A stretch of 64,000 nucleotides of DNA from an uncultured Opitutales bacterium (GCA_964577805.1 CAZOAG010000002.1:7139-71138), one strand, 5' to 3'; shown: positions 1 through 11,210, counted from the first letter of the stretch. Notes: generated by a model from the sequence alone, not told the origin. Numbers and translations: made by a program.

Positions 1-435
1 TTCAAGATGACAGAGCAATCTATGTTGTCGTATATTTCCGGTGCTAGTGAATTATATGTATTATGCTGTTGTTTTGCTGGTGCTTGTTTAGGATTTTGTC
101 TGTTCAATTTAAACCCTGCATCAATATTTATGGGAGATACAGGATCAATTGGATTGGGTGGCCTTCTTGCAATCGTCGCAATATTGTTGCGTCAACCATT
201 TACACTGCTCTTGGTTGGAATAATTTTTGTAGTAGAAGCATTGTCAGTAATGTTACAAATGACATCTAAGAAAATCTTTCGTAGAAAAATTTTTCTAATG
301 TCACCACTGCATCACCATTTCGAACTTAAAGGAAATAGTGAACGTCGTATCGTCAAAGTGGCATTTGCAATACAATGTTTATGTATTTTATTAACGGTAG
401 CCATTATATTTTATGGACCAGAGTACATACATTAA
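1..435 (+). CDS. mraY: phospho-N-acetylmuramoyl-pentapeptide transferase MraY, C-terminal part (5' end outside window)
   Basis: Frame is open from base 1. It carries the MraY C-terminal motifs [13 protein letters not shown] and [12 protein letters not shown]. murD follows directly. Confidence 0.9.
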   Translation, partial: FKMTEQSMLSYISGASELYVLCCCFAGACLGFCLFNLNPASIFMGDTGSIGLGGLLAIVAILLRQPFTLLLVGIIFVVEALSVMLQMTSKKIFRRKIFLMSPLHHHFELKGNSERRIVKVAFAIQCLCILLTVAIIFYGPEYIH

Positions 436-1759
436 AAATATTAAAAAAATCGGCATTTTTGGCAATGGGGTGACTGGCAGTGCTGTCGCAAGATTGTGCA
501 AAAAACATGATATCGAATGTAAAACATTCGATGCATATGGACAATGTCACACTTCATTTTCCGATGATGATGCCAAACAATATGATATCATTGTTCGTAG
601 TCCAAGTTTCACAATGACACATCCATGGGTATCATGTGCGATATCAAATGGATGTACTTGTTTGACAGAATTAGATTTTGCATATTGTTTCTGGACCGGA
701 AAAATCGTTGCAATCACAGGGACTAATGGAAAAACAACTACAACAGAATTTTTGACATTTGCGCTGCAAAAATACGGCATCGATGCCAGGAAAGCGGGAA
801 ATATAGGCATTGCATTTTCTGACGTTGTAGCATCCGAACATACAAAAGACACATGGGCGATTGTTGAAGTCAGTTCATTTCAAATGGATGGCACAACATT
901 ATTTTCACCAGATTTCGTTTTATGGACAAATTTTGACAACGACCATCTTGATGTCCATAGCACTCCAAAAGAATATTTTCTGTGCAAATCACAATTGTTG
1001 CACCTGGTACGACGACCAAATCAGTATTCTTCTACTTGTTTCGTCGGTCCAAGTGTTGATGCTTTTGCACATCGTTTTGAACTAGATAATATTCGACAAT
1101 CATATACAATATGTACGGATCATAGTGGATTGCCGGAATCATCTCCATTAAACATTAAGACACAACGCGAAAATTTCGCATTAGTAAATGCATTCTGGAA
1201 AACATGTAAGTTTGAACAATCTGTATTGGAACAAGCGACATTAGAATTTTCTATTCCACCACATCGTCTACAAAAAATTTCTACAATATATTCCAATAAT
1301 ATTGATGCGAACATTACCAAATCGGTAACATTTTGGGATGATTCCAAAGCAACAAATTTTCATGCTCTAAATGGTGCGTTGAAATCATTCGATGAACCTA
1401 TCATTTTAATCGCCGGTGGGAAATCAAAAGAAGAACCAATTCCAGAATTTTTAAATATCATACGGAATAAAGTAAAAGCATTATTAATAATTGGATCTTC
1501 TGGAAAACAATTGTATGATGCTGTAAAGACAGATGATCAGCTATCAAAAAGTATATCGTGTATGTTATTTCATTACAATAATGATGTTCAAACAGTCATG
1601 AATAATATTGTGCGAGAAGCATATTGGATGGCAAAAGACGGTGATAATATTGTATTGAGCCCAGGATATTCCAGCCTCGATTGGTTTAAAGATTATAGTG
1701 AACGTGGAAGATTTTTCCAGAACAGTGTTTTAAGTTTGAATTTGAATAATAAATGTTAG
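413..1759 (+). CDS. murD: UDP-N-acetylmuramoylalanine--D-glutamate ligase
   Basis: 448-aa ORF with the Mur-ligase P-loop [10 protein letters not shown] and an N-terminal Rossmann-like [12 protein letters not shown]. It sits after mraY. Confidence 0.85.
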   Translation: MDQSTYIKNIKKIGIFGNGVTGSAVARLCKKHDIECKTFDAYGQCHTSFSDDDAKQYDIIVRSPSFTMTHPWVSCAISNGCTCLTELDFAYCFWTGKIVAITGTNGKTTTTEFLTFALQKYGIDARKAGNIGIAFSDVVASEHTKDTWAIVEVSSFQMDGTTLFSPDFVLWTNFDNDHLDVHSTPKEYFLCKSQLLHLVRRPNQYSSTCFVGPSVDAFAHRFELDNIRQSYTICTDHSGLPESSPLNIKTQRENFALVNAFWKTCKFEQSVLEQATLEFSIPPHRLQKISTIYSNNIDANITKSVTFWDDSKATNFHALNGALKSFDEPIILIAGGKSKEEPIPEFLNIIRNKVKALLIIGSSGKQLYDAVKTDDQLSKSISCMLFHYNNDVQTVMNNIVREAYWMAKDGDNIVLSPGYSSLDWFKDYSERGRFFQNSVLSLNLNNKC

Positions 1760-1785
1760 ATAATGAAGAGAGAGTTTTTCCTGAT

Positions 1786-2892
1786 ATGAAAGCGAGACAT
1801 GTATTTATTGCGTTTATCAGCGTGCCATTAGTAATGATGTCAGGCTGTTCTATGATGAACAATAATGATAGCCGACCATCCAATGTCGCTCCAGCTGTCG
1901 CACCACAGGTAGCAGCTGATGGTGCTAGTATGCGGAAAAAACCACGGCAACCAGAACCAGTACAACAAGAACAGGAAATCATAATAGAGCAAATCAAAGA
2001 AGAAAAAGATGTCACTGAAGTGTGTGAGACGACAACATATGTTGTCAAAAAAGGAGATACTATTTATGGGATCGCTCGTAAATTTCATATAAAACCAAAT
2101 GATATCATGCGAACAAATGGTATCGATAAGGACACCACATTGCGCATAGGACAGTCTCTCGAAATTCCATGTTCTAGAACAAATATTTCACAAGCAATCA
2201 TTCAGGAAAAGGAAAATGGTGGCAAAGAATATATTGTTGTTGCTGGAGATTCGTTATATAAGATTTCACGGAAATATGGCATTTCGGTAAAAGAATTGCG
2301 CGATAATAATAATTTATCATCTGATACATTGCTGGTCGGTCAAAAATTAATATTGCCATCGAATGCTCGTGAAACTGTCGCTACAACAACTCCTAAACTA
2401 TCCGGTGATGGAACATATACTGTTGTACGTGGTGATAGCATATATGTCATTGCAAAACGATTTGGGGTATCACAGGCAGACCTCATGCGTGTAAATAATA
2501 TCAGCAGTCCAGAACGTCTACAAATTGGACAAACATTAAAAATTCCTACAAAGGATGCTGTTGTGACAAATAAACCAACGCCTATTGTGCATAATGTACA
2601 ACCGAATATCCAACCTCCAGCAATCACTGATAATGGCAATTTGTACACAATACAGTATGGTGATACAGTATCTGGTATTGCACAACGGTTAAATGTTGAC
2701 AAACAAGAACTCGCAGCGTTGAACAACATTAGCACACAAACACCATTACAAGCTGGTAAACAATTGTTAATCCCTGAGAAGAAAATTATTCAGGAAACAC
2801 CATCAATGACACCTATTTCACATCCAGATGTTATCACTGATGATTTCTTTGACAACTTTGAAGAAATCCCTGTTGTTGAAATCAACAATTAA
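1786..2892 (+). CDS. LysM-repeat lipoprotein (four LysM domains, no visible catalytic domain)
   Basis: Start placed at ATG 1786 (MKARHVFIAFISVPLVMMSGC: signal peptide with a lipobox-like SGC). Four repeats of Y-x-V-x-x-GD-[ST]-x-x-x-IA-x-[RK]...L-x-x-GQ-x-L-x-IP. Confidence 0.8.
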   Translation: MKARHVFIAFISVPLVMMSGCSMMNNNDSRPSNVAPAVAPQVAADGASMRKKPRQPEPVQQEQEIIIEQIKEEKDVTEVCETTTYVVKKGDTIYGIARKFHIKPNDIMRTNGIDKDTTLRIGQSLEIPCSRTNISQAIIQEKENGGKEYIVVAGDSLYKISRKYGISVKELRDNNNLSSDTLLVGQKLILPSNARETVATTTPKLSGDGTYTVVRGDSIYVIAKRFGVSQADLMRVNNISSPERLQIGQTLKIPTKDAVVTNKPTPIVHNVQPNIQPPAITDNGNLYTIQYGDTVSGIAQRLNVDKQELAALNNISTQTPLQAGKQLLIPEKKIIQETPSMTPISHPDVITDDFFDNFEEIPVVEINN

Positions 2893-2900
2893 AATGTAAT

Positions 2901-4076
2901 ATGTTCATTGGTAAATTAGAACGATATTATGAATATTTCAGCCGGCGGAAAGCCGGCTGGTTTATTTTATGCAGTGTACTTACATTAATAGCATGTGGAC
3001 TGGTAACACTATCTAGTGCGAGCTTATCATTTATAAAATCTAATAATTATTTTCTTAAACAGCTAGCATGGTGCGCCATTGGAATACCGTTTTTTCTTTG
3101 CGGAAGTTTAATGGACCTACAATGTTTTAAACGGCATAGTGGAAAAATTTTATTTATATTATCTATTGGGCTGATTTTAGTATTAATCCCAGGTATTGGT
3201 AGATTGGTCAATGGATCCCGTCGATGGATAAGTATTGGCAGTATGAATATTCAGGTATCAGAGTTTGCTAAGATTGCATTGATTGGATGGGTTGCGATGT
3301 ATTGCGAACGTACACATGAATATATGCATACTTTCCGATATGGATTTTTTACACCATTGAGCATCGCCGGAATTGTATGTATAATAATATTATTAGAACC
3401 GGATTATGGCACCGCCATTCTTATGGGAGCAGTAACTTTTACTGTTCTAGTATTGGCTGGTAGTCGTCTATTGTATATGTCATGCGCAATGGGATTAGGT
3501 GGTTGTCTGATCTCGATATTGATATATTTAAACCCTACACGCATGCGCCGCATTGTTGCATTCCTGGATGTTGAAAATAACAAATTGGGCGGTGCATATC
3601 AATTGTGGCAAGGGATGTTAGGGTTTGTATCCGGTGGTTTATTTGGAAAAGGACTTGGAGAAGGTCGTCAACAAATAGTATATCTTCCAGAATCTCATAC
3701 TGATTTTATTTTTCCTATTTTTAGTGAGGAACTTGGCAGTATCGCTGCTATTATAATTTTATGTATATATTTTACACTGTTCATCAGTATCATGATAGCA
3801 TCAAAAAATTTAATCAATAAATTTTACAGATATTTATCATATGGCATTTCTCTGACATTAGCATATCAAGTAGTGATCAATGTTGGTGTCGTTACAGGAT
3901 TGTTGCCAACAAAAGGGATGGTATTGCCATTTATGAGCTATGGTGGGTCGAACCTTGTATTATTATTATTTATGGTAGGATTGGTATTGAATACATTAGT
4001 TTCTGATGTCGAAAATCAACCAACAGAAGATGGTAAATCCCCATCCCGAAAAATGAGAGAATATTGTATGAAATAA
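2901..4076 (+). CDS. ftsW: SEDS-family cell division protein FtsW
   Basis: 391-aa polytopic membrane ORF with SEDS motifs (EPDYGTA, LPESHTDFIF, LPTKGMVLPFMSYGGSN). It lies in the dcw gene context. Confidence 0.85.
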   Translation: MFIGKLERYYEYFSRRKAGWFILCSVLTLIACGLVTLSSASLSFIKSNNYFLKQLAWCAIGIPFFLCGSLMDLQCFKRHSGKILFILSIGLILVLIPGIGRLVNGSRRWISIGSMNIQVSEFAKIALIGWVAMYCERTHEYMHTFRYGFFTPLSIAGIVCIIILLEPDYGTAILMGAVTFTVLVLAGSRLLYMSCAMGLGGCLISILIYLNPTRMRRIVAFLDVENNKLGGAYQLWQGMLGFVSGGLFGKGLGEGRQQIVYLPESHTDFIFPIFSEELGSIAAIIILCIYFTLFISIMIASKNLINKFYRYLSYGISLTLAYQVVINVGVVTGLLPTKGMVLPFMSYGGSNLVLLLFMVGLVLNTLVSDVENQPTEDGKSPSRKMREYCMK

Positions 4077-4105
4077 TTCTTATACAATATTTGTTAAAAT
4101 ATTTT

Positions 4106-6202
4106 TCATTTTTTAATATCGTTAATATTTTGTGCAGATTTTTGTACCAATGGTTCTCCAGTTGGAGAAATAGTATGTGCTGTCACAAAAATCAATAAAT
4201 TCCGTTTTTGCGTAGTTTCACTTTTTGATTTGAACAACTTTCCCAATAATGGCAGACTTCCCAATATCGGCACTTTGTCATGGATTTCTTTTACCTCTTC
4301 ACGGGTCAAACCGCCCATTACTACTGTAGCACCATCACAAATATTTACTTCTGTATGAATCTCTCGTGTTGAAAAAATTGGTTGATAAAACCCTGATGGT
4401 ACTGTCACTGTTGTCCCAGAAGAAACAGCAACATTAACACCACCATATTCTACAAACCCTTCAAATTCTGTCACCTTCGGTTCTAACTGCAAACTGATTG
4501 TTTTATCAACTTCTACTGTCGGGGTCACACTCATTTCAACACCAATATTCCGCATAGTAAAATTTTGTGGTGTGCCAGATGTTATTGTAACACCAGCAGA
4601 ACTTGAAGATGTCCCGAATGATGATCCTGCACCGACTTCAGAATGTGTATCTCCATAATGTTGTGGATATCGTAATTCCATTGCTACTGTAATATCTGCT
4701 GTTTTCCCAGATAATACTGTTAATTTCGGTGCGCTCATCAGGTCAGTCCCTGTATGCTGTTCTAATGCTTGTATTAATACATTGCATTGTACACTGTTCA
4801 ATACTCCTGTAAAATTTGATAATGGGATGGAATCTACCCCTAGATTCAATTGTCCTGGAATATTTGGTGAATTGTTCGTGACAGTGATTGGAACTGCTCC
4901 TGCACTGACAATTTTACCATCACCACTAGAAAAATTATTCGATGCAAATGCTTGTGATAATGTCCTCAAATTATCATGCGCAACACCATCTGATGTCTTC
5001 CCAGTGGTAAAAAATGATTTACTGACATCACGATTGGAAATATTCCATCGAAGGCCCAATTCTTCCAATACTCCTTGTTGTACTTCTAAAAATTTTGTTT
5101 CTATTTCAACCTGCTGTACTTCAGTATATTTTTGCAAAATTCGTCCAATTTTTTCTAGATTTTTATGTGTCGTCGTGACGATTATTTGAGCACCATCGAA
5201 TGCCAATGAATTCATTGTGGTGTTTGAAAAATCTATCCCTGCACGATGAAAAAATTCTTTTATAGCGCATTCATCATCAATGATAGTATTATGATTATCG
5301 TTATATGACATATCATGATGGTTTATTGTTTGAACACCAGTCAATCTGATTAATGTCGCACGTGATATTGGAAAAAATTCTGTCTCGACAATATCTTCCG
5401 CCCGGCTTTTATGATAAAATATTACGGCATCATGTGTTATATCAAATTGCAGATTGGCAGATTGTGATATTAATTCAATAACACGATATAATGATAAACC
5501 TTTTAAATTTAATGAAACATCATGTGCTGCTTTATCAGCACCAGCATCCAATAATATAAAATTTATACATTGTGAAGTCCCACTGCCTGAGGTTTGATAT
5601 TGTTCTGCATAATTCGACAATGTATCAATAACATTCGACAATGGAGCATTAGAAAATTGAATATGTGGGATGATGATATTATGAATTTTTTGAGATAGTG
5701 GATTATTATATAATGTTCTTGTATGAATTTTTTCATCATTTGGTGGAACTGTCGGTAATGACCATTGCGCATCAACATCATTTAATAAATCATCCCGTGT
5801 ACCATCACGGACATCTTGTTCATCATGCGGAAAGATTAATGGTGATGAAATATATTTTGCTGGTAATACATCAGGCATACCATCGATCGGATCATCTTCT
5901 CGACAAGAATTTTCTTCAGTTGTTATCGAATTTTCAACATCCTTATTATTACATTTTTCATGTTTATTAGCAACTTCTTCATAATTGATTACACGTCCAT
6001 CATCAGAAAGATTAATATTCTCATTATATTCACTAATAACACCTGATATTGTTTGATTATGATGTTTTGTCGTATGATGCCTGCCTGCTGTTCGATTATC
6101 ACATACATGATGCATCAATTGATAAATATCATCGCAATATCCATAATGGTATATAAATAATGATATTACAAATACCCCGATCGATCTAATTCCCACCCTC
6201 AC
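4106..6202 (-). CDS. secretin-family outer membrane channel (GspD/PilQ-like), GTG start
   Basis: The C-terminal secretin domain ends GGLTREEVKEIHDKVPILGSLPLLGKLFKSKSETTQKRNLLIFVTAHTISP. An N-terminal signal-like segment is followed by a ~170-aa His/Asn/Asp-rich extension. No partner T2SS/T4P genes are adjacent. Confidence 0.8.
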   Translation of the reverse strand: MRVGIRSIGVFVISLFIYHYGYCDDIYQLMHHVCDNRTAGRHHTTKHHNQTISGVISEYNENINLSDDGRVINYEEVANKHEKCNNKDVENSITTEENSCREDDPIDGMPDVLPAKYISSPLIFPHDEQDVRDGTRDDLLNDVDAQWSLPTVPPNDEKIHTRTLYNNPLSQKIHNIIIPHIQFSNAPLSNVIDTLSNYAEQYQTSGSGTSQCINFILLDAGADKAAHDVSLNLKGLSLYRVIELISQSANLQFDITHDAVIFYHKSRAEDIVETEFFPISRATLIRLTGVQTINHHDMSYNDNHNTIIDDECAIKEFFHRAGIDFSNTTMNSLAFDGAQIIVTTTHKNLEKIGRILQKYTEVQQVEIETKFLEVQQGVLEELGLRWNISNRDVSKSFFTTGKTSDGVAHDNLRTLSQAFASNNFSSGDGKIVSAGAVPITVTNNSPNIPGQLNLGVDSIPLSNFTGVLNSVQCNVLIQALEQHTGTDLMSAPKLTVLSGKTADITVAMELRYPQHYGDTHSEVGAGSSFGTSSSSAGVTITSGTPQNFTMRNIGVEMSVTPTVEVDKTISLQLEPKVTEFEGFVEYGGVNVAVSSGTTVTVPSGFYQPIFSTREIHTEVNICDGATVVMGGLTREEVKEIHDKVPILGSLPLLGKLFKSKSETTQKRNLLIFVTAHTISPTGEPLVQKSAQNINDIKK

Positions 6203-6299
6203 GATACCCTGATGGTAATAAAATCCCTCGTATGGGCCAAGTCATTTTATTCAAGAAATTCTTGAAAATCCTAATCAATGATGCTAAAAAAATCATTTA

Positions 6300-6866
6300 A
6301 TGAATATATTAGTGATATCATCACAATTATTAGGTGATAATGTTGACATGTCCAACCAAGCGTTGATCGATGATATTCACGAAATTTATTTAAATGGGCA
6401 ATTCGATAGGATGGTAATATTACATCATTCTGTCATTGATGTTGATGCCATATTCCCATTTGCTCGATGCCTTACAAAAATTATCGACGATAATGATAAT
6501 ATCATCGATAAAATGATATCATTTTTAACAACATTGACAAATACATTACCTCCCAAATATTTGTTTACAATATTGTGTAAATCCGACATTCAAGCACAGG
6601 AAATCATAAAATCTAGCAAGAAATCTGTACCAATATGTTTTATGGAAGTAGATGATGCCATGCCAGACACTATCGATTTTAAATCATTTCCACAAGATGA
6701 TCTATGGTCCACACCAGATTGTCATTATTTCCGATCACTCATGGCACAATATAAATATACACCATATGAAACGACACCATCAACGAGAAAAATAAACAAA
6801 TTTTATCGGGTGAATATTCATTGCATTAGGAAACCATCCGACAATACGATTTCTCACCAAATATGA
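6300..6866 (+). CDS. hypothetical protein
   Basis: 188-aa ORF with no motif I recognise. Its 3' end overlaps the convergent oppA-like gene by 87 nt, so the extent is uncertain. Confidence 0.3.
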   Translation: MNILVISSQLLGDNVDMSNQALIDDIHEIYLNGQFDRMVILHHSVIDVDAIFPFARCLTKIIDDNDNIIDKMISFLTTLTNTLPPKYLFTILCKSDIQAQEIIKSSKKSVPICFMEVDDAMPDTIDFKSFPQDDLWSTPDCHYFRSLMAQYKYTPYETTPSTRKINKFYRVNIHCIRKPSDNTISHQI

Positions 6867-8381
6867 ATTGGAATCAAAAAATAATGGAATAACTGGCAGT
6901 TCTTGCGCTAAATATGCTTCTGCTTCTTTTATAAGACATTGCCGTGTATATCCGCTATCAACATGTCGTATTTTCTTTATACGGCTGTCGTATGAAATAT
7001 CACTCCATTTTCCAAAATTTTTTATATGTTTGCTAGTAAACATATTTAACATTAATGTTGGATCATCGTATTGTGGCCGTAACTTTACCTTAGCAATGTC
7101 GAACAACATCCTTTTCCGACATGATGCAAATACGGATAATTCTCGATAATCGACAGTGACATTTATTCCTAATTTTTCCCAATCTTTTCGAATTTCTTCT
7201 AAAACGATAGAGTCACGATCAGATTCTGACACATTACACAATATTGATATTGGTGGAACAGGGTGTTTTTCATCATATCCTGCTTCCAATAATAATTGTT
7301 CTGCCTCCTGAAAATTAGAATAAAACAAAGGTTTTACAGCATACTTTTTCTTTTTACATGGAATAACACGTCGTGCACATAATTCAGGATGTTTTCCTGC
7401 AACATCTAAAATTTTATCACGATCAATTGCAAGAGATAGTGCATGTCGTAATTTTTTATTCTGGAAAACAGGATTTTCCATATTGAATACTAAAACAAAT
7501 GAATCCAATGACTGTGATATCATTAATTCATTATTGTCAGAACAATCACCGATGATCCCTGGGTTATCATAATAAACTTCTGCTATATCGATATTACGTT
7601 CTGCAAATGATTTCTCGATGTATACTTGGTTGTTCTCTGACAAAAACATGACAGATTGTAACATGACATTATCTGCATCCCAATATTGTTGATTCTTTCT
7701 TAGCAATAAACATGTCCCTGGTATTCTTTCAGAAAATACAAATGGGCCATTCGAAATAATTCTCAATTTTGCGGCACTTTGACCACCATATGTTTGATTA
7801 TATTGTTTAAATGATGCAACTACTGTATCGTTCAATGGAGACCAACACGGATGCATTAATATTGTTAAAAAATGTGGTGTGGGCTCTTCTAATGTAATTC
7901 GTAATGTTCGCGAATCAATCGCTGTAATTCCGACCTTTGAAAAATCTCGTATTTCACGATTAAAGAATGCACGTGCATTTTTTAATGGGAAAAATAATTC
8001 TGCGAATGGGCACATGAATTTTGATGATAATGCCCGTCGTGCAGAATATACAAAATCTTCTGCCGTTACTGGTTTCCCATTTGACCATACTGCAGTATCA
8101 CGGATAAAAAATTCATATGTTTTTTTATCAGATGATACTGTCCATCGTTCTGCCACTGCAGGAGTTGGTTTCAGAGTTTCAGGATCAGGAATAATTAACC
8201 CTTCAAACGCTGATTGTATGATTTTATAATCACTGCTGTCACAAACTTTTTGTGGATCAGAATACGCCAATTCATTGATAGAACATATTCGAAGGTCCTT
8301 TGACGGTACTGGTTTTTCTTGCTGACATGCAGACAACAACCCACACATCAACATAACCACTGCCAAACGTATGACTTTCAT
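6780..8381 (-). CDS. oppA: oligopeptide ABC transporter substrate-binding lipoprotein (SBP family 5)
   Basis: 533 aa. Signal peptide plus lipobox (MKVIRLAVVMLMCGLLSAC). Size and overall pattern fit OppA/DppA binding proteins. Confidence 0.75.
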   Translation of the reverse strand: MKVIRLAVVMLMCGLLSACQQEKPVPSKDLRICSINELAYSDPQKVCDSSDYKIIQSAFEGLIIPDPETLKPTPAVAERWTVSSDKKTYEFFIRDTAVWSNGKPVTAEDFVYSARRALSSKFMCPFAELFFPLKNARAFFNREIRDFSKVGITAIDSRTLRITLEEPTPHFLTILMHPCWSPLNDTVVASFKQYNQTYGGQSAAKLRIISNGPFVFSERIPGTCLLLRKNQQYWDADNVMLQSVMFLSENNQVYIEKSFAERNIDIAEVYYDNPGIIGDCSDNNELMISQSLDSFVLVFNMENPVFQNKKLRHALSLAIDRDKILDVAGKHPELCARRVIPCKKKKYAVKPLFYSNFQEAEQLLLEAGYDEKHPVPPISILCNVSESDRDSIVLEEIRKDWEKLGINVTVDYRELSVFASCRKRMLFDIAKVKLRPQYDDPTLMLNMFTSKHIKNFGKWSDISYDSRIKKIRHVDSGYTRQCLIKEAEAYLAQELPVIPLFFDSNSYLVRNRIVGWFPNAMNIHPIKFVYFSR

Positions 8382-8406
8382 ATATTATCCAGGATATATA
8401 ATGAGA

Positions 8407-9732
8407 TTAAGCAATACGTTCTACAATTAATTCATTGAGGACCGGTCGCTTCGGGGCCAATCGATATGCATCACGGAAATATTCCAATGCTGGCTCTAAA
8501 TTCGACTCATCATTATAATGTATCATGATCAATGGTTCTCCCTGTTTGATCTGCATACCAACTTTCATAATTCCAGAAACACCAACAGTATGGTCGATTG
8601 TACCATCTTTTCTAGTCGCTAATATTTTTACACCACGTGCGATCATACCAGCATTTACTGTATGAATATAACCACGTTTTTGTGCTGATAATTTTCTAGA
8701 ATATTTTGCTTTTGGATATTGTTCTGGATGGTCGATATATGTAGTATCGCCACCCTGAGCTGCTATCATTTCTTTAAACTTTTCCAATGCTGACCCATCT
8801 GACAACTTTTTAATGATCATTTGTTTTGCTGATAATGTTGAACCAGCTACTCCTGCCAATCGAATGATTTCCATCCCGATTCTTAGGATGAGATCCTGCA
8901 TTTCGGGATCACCATTGCCTTTTAATAATTCTATCGTTTCTTCGATCTCTAGCCATGTACCAACAGTCTGGCCCAACGGTTGATTTGCATCTGTGACCAC
9001 AGCAATACATTTTTTATTCAAACTACGTGCAACACGAGTAATCATACGACCGAGCTGTTTGGCCTGTTCCATGTCCTTAATGAATGATCCATTTCCCCAT
9101 TTGACATCAACGACAACACCATCAGCACCGGAAGACAACTTACTGCCCAAAATACTTCCTGTCATCAATGGCACACTCGGGACAGTACCTGTTGTTTTTC
9201 TAATACCTTCTAAAATGACATCTGCAGGGACAATATTTTCTGGTTGTTCATAATAACAACATCCGACCTTTTTTAATTGTGTCTTAAACTTTTTAGCATC
9301 AAATTTATATTCAAAGCCAGGTATTGATGACATTTTTTCTAGATCAGAAATCACTAATCCCGCACAACTATCGACTAATGTTGGAACAGCAATACCACAA
9401 ACAGCTGCTATAGCAGGCAACACAAACGCTGATTTATCACCAACACCACCGGTAGAACAACGATCAATCTTCGGCCATGAAATACCACCACAATCAATGA
9501 TATCTCCTGATAACATCAATTCTTCGGTCCATGTTGATGCTTCCTGAATCGTCATGTTCTGAAAATATATCGCCATCAAAAATGCCGACAATTGATAATC
9601 TGGGATGCTCTTGGTAATGATAGCATTGGTGATATCACGAATTTCGTTATCAGTAAGTTCTTCACCAGATACCTTTTTTTCGATCAATGCTCCAAATCGT
9701 CTTGTCAAATCATGGTTGTTAGTATCTTTCAT
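8407..9732 (-). CDS. deoA: thymidine/pyrimidine-nucleoside phosphorylase
   Basis: The CSTGGVGDK phosphate-binding motif, a 441-aa length from ATG 9732, and an SD-like gagaggg upstream. The ORF-track start at 9786 is probably an N-terminal over-extension. Confidence 0.85.
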   Translation of the reverse strand: MKDTNNHDLTRRFGALIEKKVSGEELTDNEIRDITNAIITKSIPDYQLSAFLMAIYFQNMTIQEASTWTEELMLSGDIIDCGGISWPKIDRCSTGGVGDKSAFVLPAIAAVCGIAVPTLVDSCAGLVISDLEKMSSIPGFEYKFDAKKFKTQLKKVGCCYYEQPENIVPADVILEGIRKTTGTVPSVPLMTGSILGSKLSSGADGVVVDVKWGNGSFIKDMEQAKQLGRMITRVARSLNKKCIAVVTDANQPLGQTVGTWLEIEETIELLKGNGDPEMQDLILRIGMEIIRLAGVAGSTLSAKQMIIKKLSDGSALEKFKEMIAAQGGDTTYIDHPEQYPKAKYSRKLSAQKRGYIHTVNAGMIARGVKILATRKDGTIDHTVGVSGIMKVGMQIKQGEPLIMIHYNDESNLEPALEYFRDAYRLAPKRPVLNELIVERIA

Positions 9733-10181
9733 AATTCCCCTCTCTGGATTCTCGCACCCCCGCGACTCGCGGTTATGCAATTTCATCGAGAAATGTCAAC
9801 TTATTATTTACTGGACATTAAATCAAATGCGATAAAACAAGGGCATCCTATACTTTATGTCTTTAAAACATAAAACATTTGCAACAACAGCTTTCACGAA
9901 ATTTAAAATCATTACAATTCCAGCAGCGTAGTTTAACTGCCACAACGCTGGGAACATTATTTTTTTTAATTTATATAATCTTATATTAAAATAGAATCTT
10001 TACGTATCGTTTTAATGCTAAAAAGATGTTCATCATCTACACCATCAATAAGTCATTGATGAATGCCAAGTTGGTTGTTAGACGACAACAATGCTCACGT
10101 TAAACGAGTTGAAAATGATCAACAATGTACAAATTCCTAACAGGCTATCATGATCAACTAGATAGAACCTCTGACAGATGA

Positions 10182-11210
10182 TTAAAATAATACAGTAGCA
10201 TTTAATGATAATGCTGACATTACATGTGTTGGAACAACACCAGCATGTTTACAAAAGTCATGGATTAACACGCCATTAGAACGAATATTTTCCGGCATTT
10301 CCCCACCACTAATTCCGGTCATTACTAATATACCATCGATAGAACATCCGATTTCACGACTGGTATTAATAGCTCCCAAAATATCAGTATTTAAAGAATC
10401 TCCTATCATCGCAATACGAGAATTTTTCACATCATCGAATGTTGTGTTCAAAAGTTGTGCCATCCGTTCCATGGCATATTTGTAGATTTGAGGATACGGC
10501 TTTCCAATATAGAATACCTCACCACCCATTTTTTCATATGTTTCACCAAGAAGTCCTTGTTTTACTGTTTTCATTGATACATATGATGTTGCATCGGGAG
10601 ATGGTAACATTGCACATCTTGCATATTTATCTGGGTTAGCAATGACCAATGGTTTATTATACTGTTTGAAAAGATTTAATACTGGAAAATATGGATCTAT
10701 TGTTGTAGTTTCCCATTTACGAACATTATTATTCGTACGAGCAACATACAAATATTGTTTTAATTCATCTGACATTGAATTCCGTTCATCATCAGAAAAT
10801 TGAACATGAGAAATATAAATAAAATCAGCAGATCGAATATCGTCAACCTCTGTATAAGCACCACCTGCAAACGGTGCATCATTCCGAGCACCCACCATGA
10901 AATACGTTTTGGGAGACTGACAGGATCGAAATGTTAATTTACTATTTTGAATAACATCTTGCAAAGCATCGCCTGAACTGACAAAATCAGAAAAGTGTAT
11001 ATTCTTTTTCAAATGTTCACCATCGTATTTGGAAATAATTTCATTCGATAAAAATGATGCGTTCGACAATATGACTACCTTTTTACCAGCAGTAATCAAT
11101 GTAGATAATGCATGTAATGCTTCTGGATATGCCGCGATACCACTCCAAATAACACCATATAAATCTACAAAAAATATATCATATTGATCGATAATATCTT
11201 CAAACACCAT
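10182..11210 (-). CDS. HAD-superfamily (subfamily IIA-like) hydrolase/phosphatase
   Basis: Motif I FFVDLYGVIW (DxxGV) and motif IV IGDSLNTDILGA. 342 aa. Confidence 0.65.
   Translation of the reverse strand: MVFEDIIDQYDIFFVDLYGVIWSGIAAYPEALHALSTLITAGKKVVILSNASFLSNEIISKYDGEHLKKNIHFSDFVSSGDALQDVIQNSKLTFRSCQSPKTYFMVGARNDAPFAGGAYTEVDDIRSADFIYISHVQFSDDERNSMSDELKQYLYVARTNNNVRKWETTTIDPYFPVLNLFKQYNKPLVIANPDKYARCAMLPSPDATSYVSMKTVKQGLLGETYEKMGGEVFYIGKPYPQIYKYAMERMAQLLNTTFDDVKNSRIAMIGDSLNTDILGAINTSREIGCSIDGILVMTGISGGEMPENIRSNGVLIHDFCKHAGVVPTHVMSALSLNATVLF

Noticed and set aside
547-852. Antisense or nested ORFs inside well-supported genes (for example 547-852, 12011-12409, 14478-14747, 27963-28436, 33558-34157, 37445-38161 and 52116-52484).
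   Set aside because: They lie opposite or out of frame within genes that have unmistakable conserved motifs. They have low-complexity or odd composition and no start signals. They are shadow ORFs, typical of AT-rich DNA.
6780-6866. 87-nt convergent overlap between the 6300 ORF and the oppA-like gene, considered as a sign of a functional antisense arrangement.
   Set aside because: It is more simply explained by an over-long or spurious 3' end of the unsupported 188-aa ORF.
9924-9967. Hairpin (cagcgt/acgctg) followed by a T8 run in the deoA-HAD gap.
   Set aside because: The stem is only 6 bp with a 15-nt loop, and the T-run is on the plus strand, where there is no upstream plus-strand gene to terminate.
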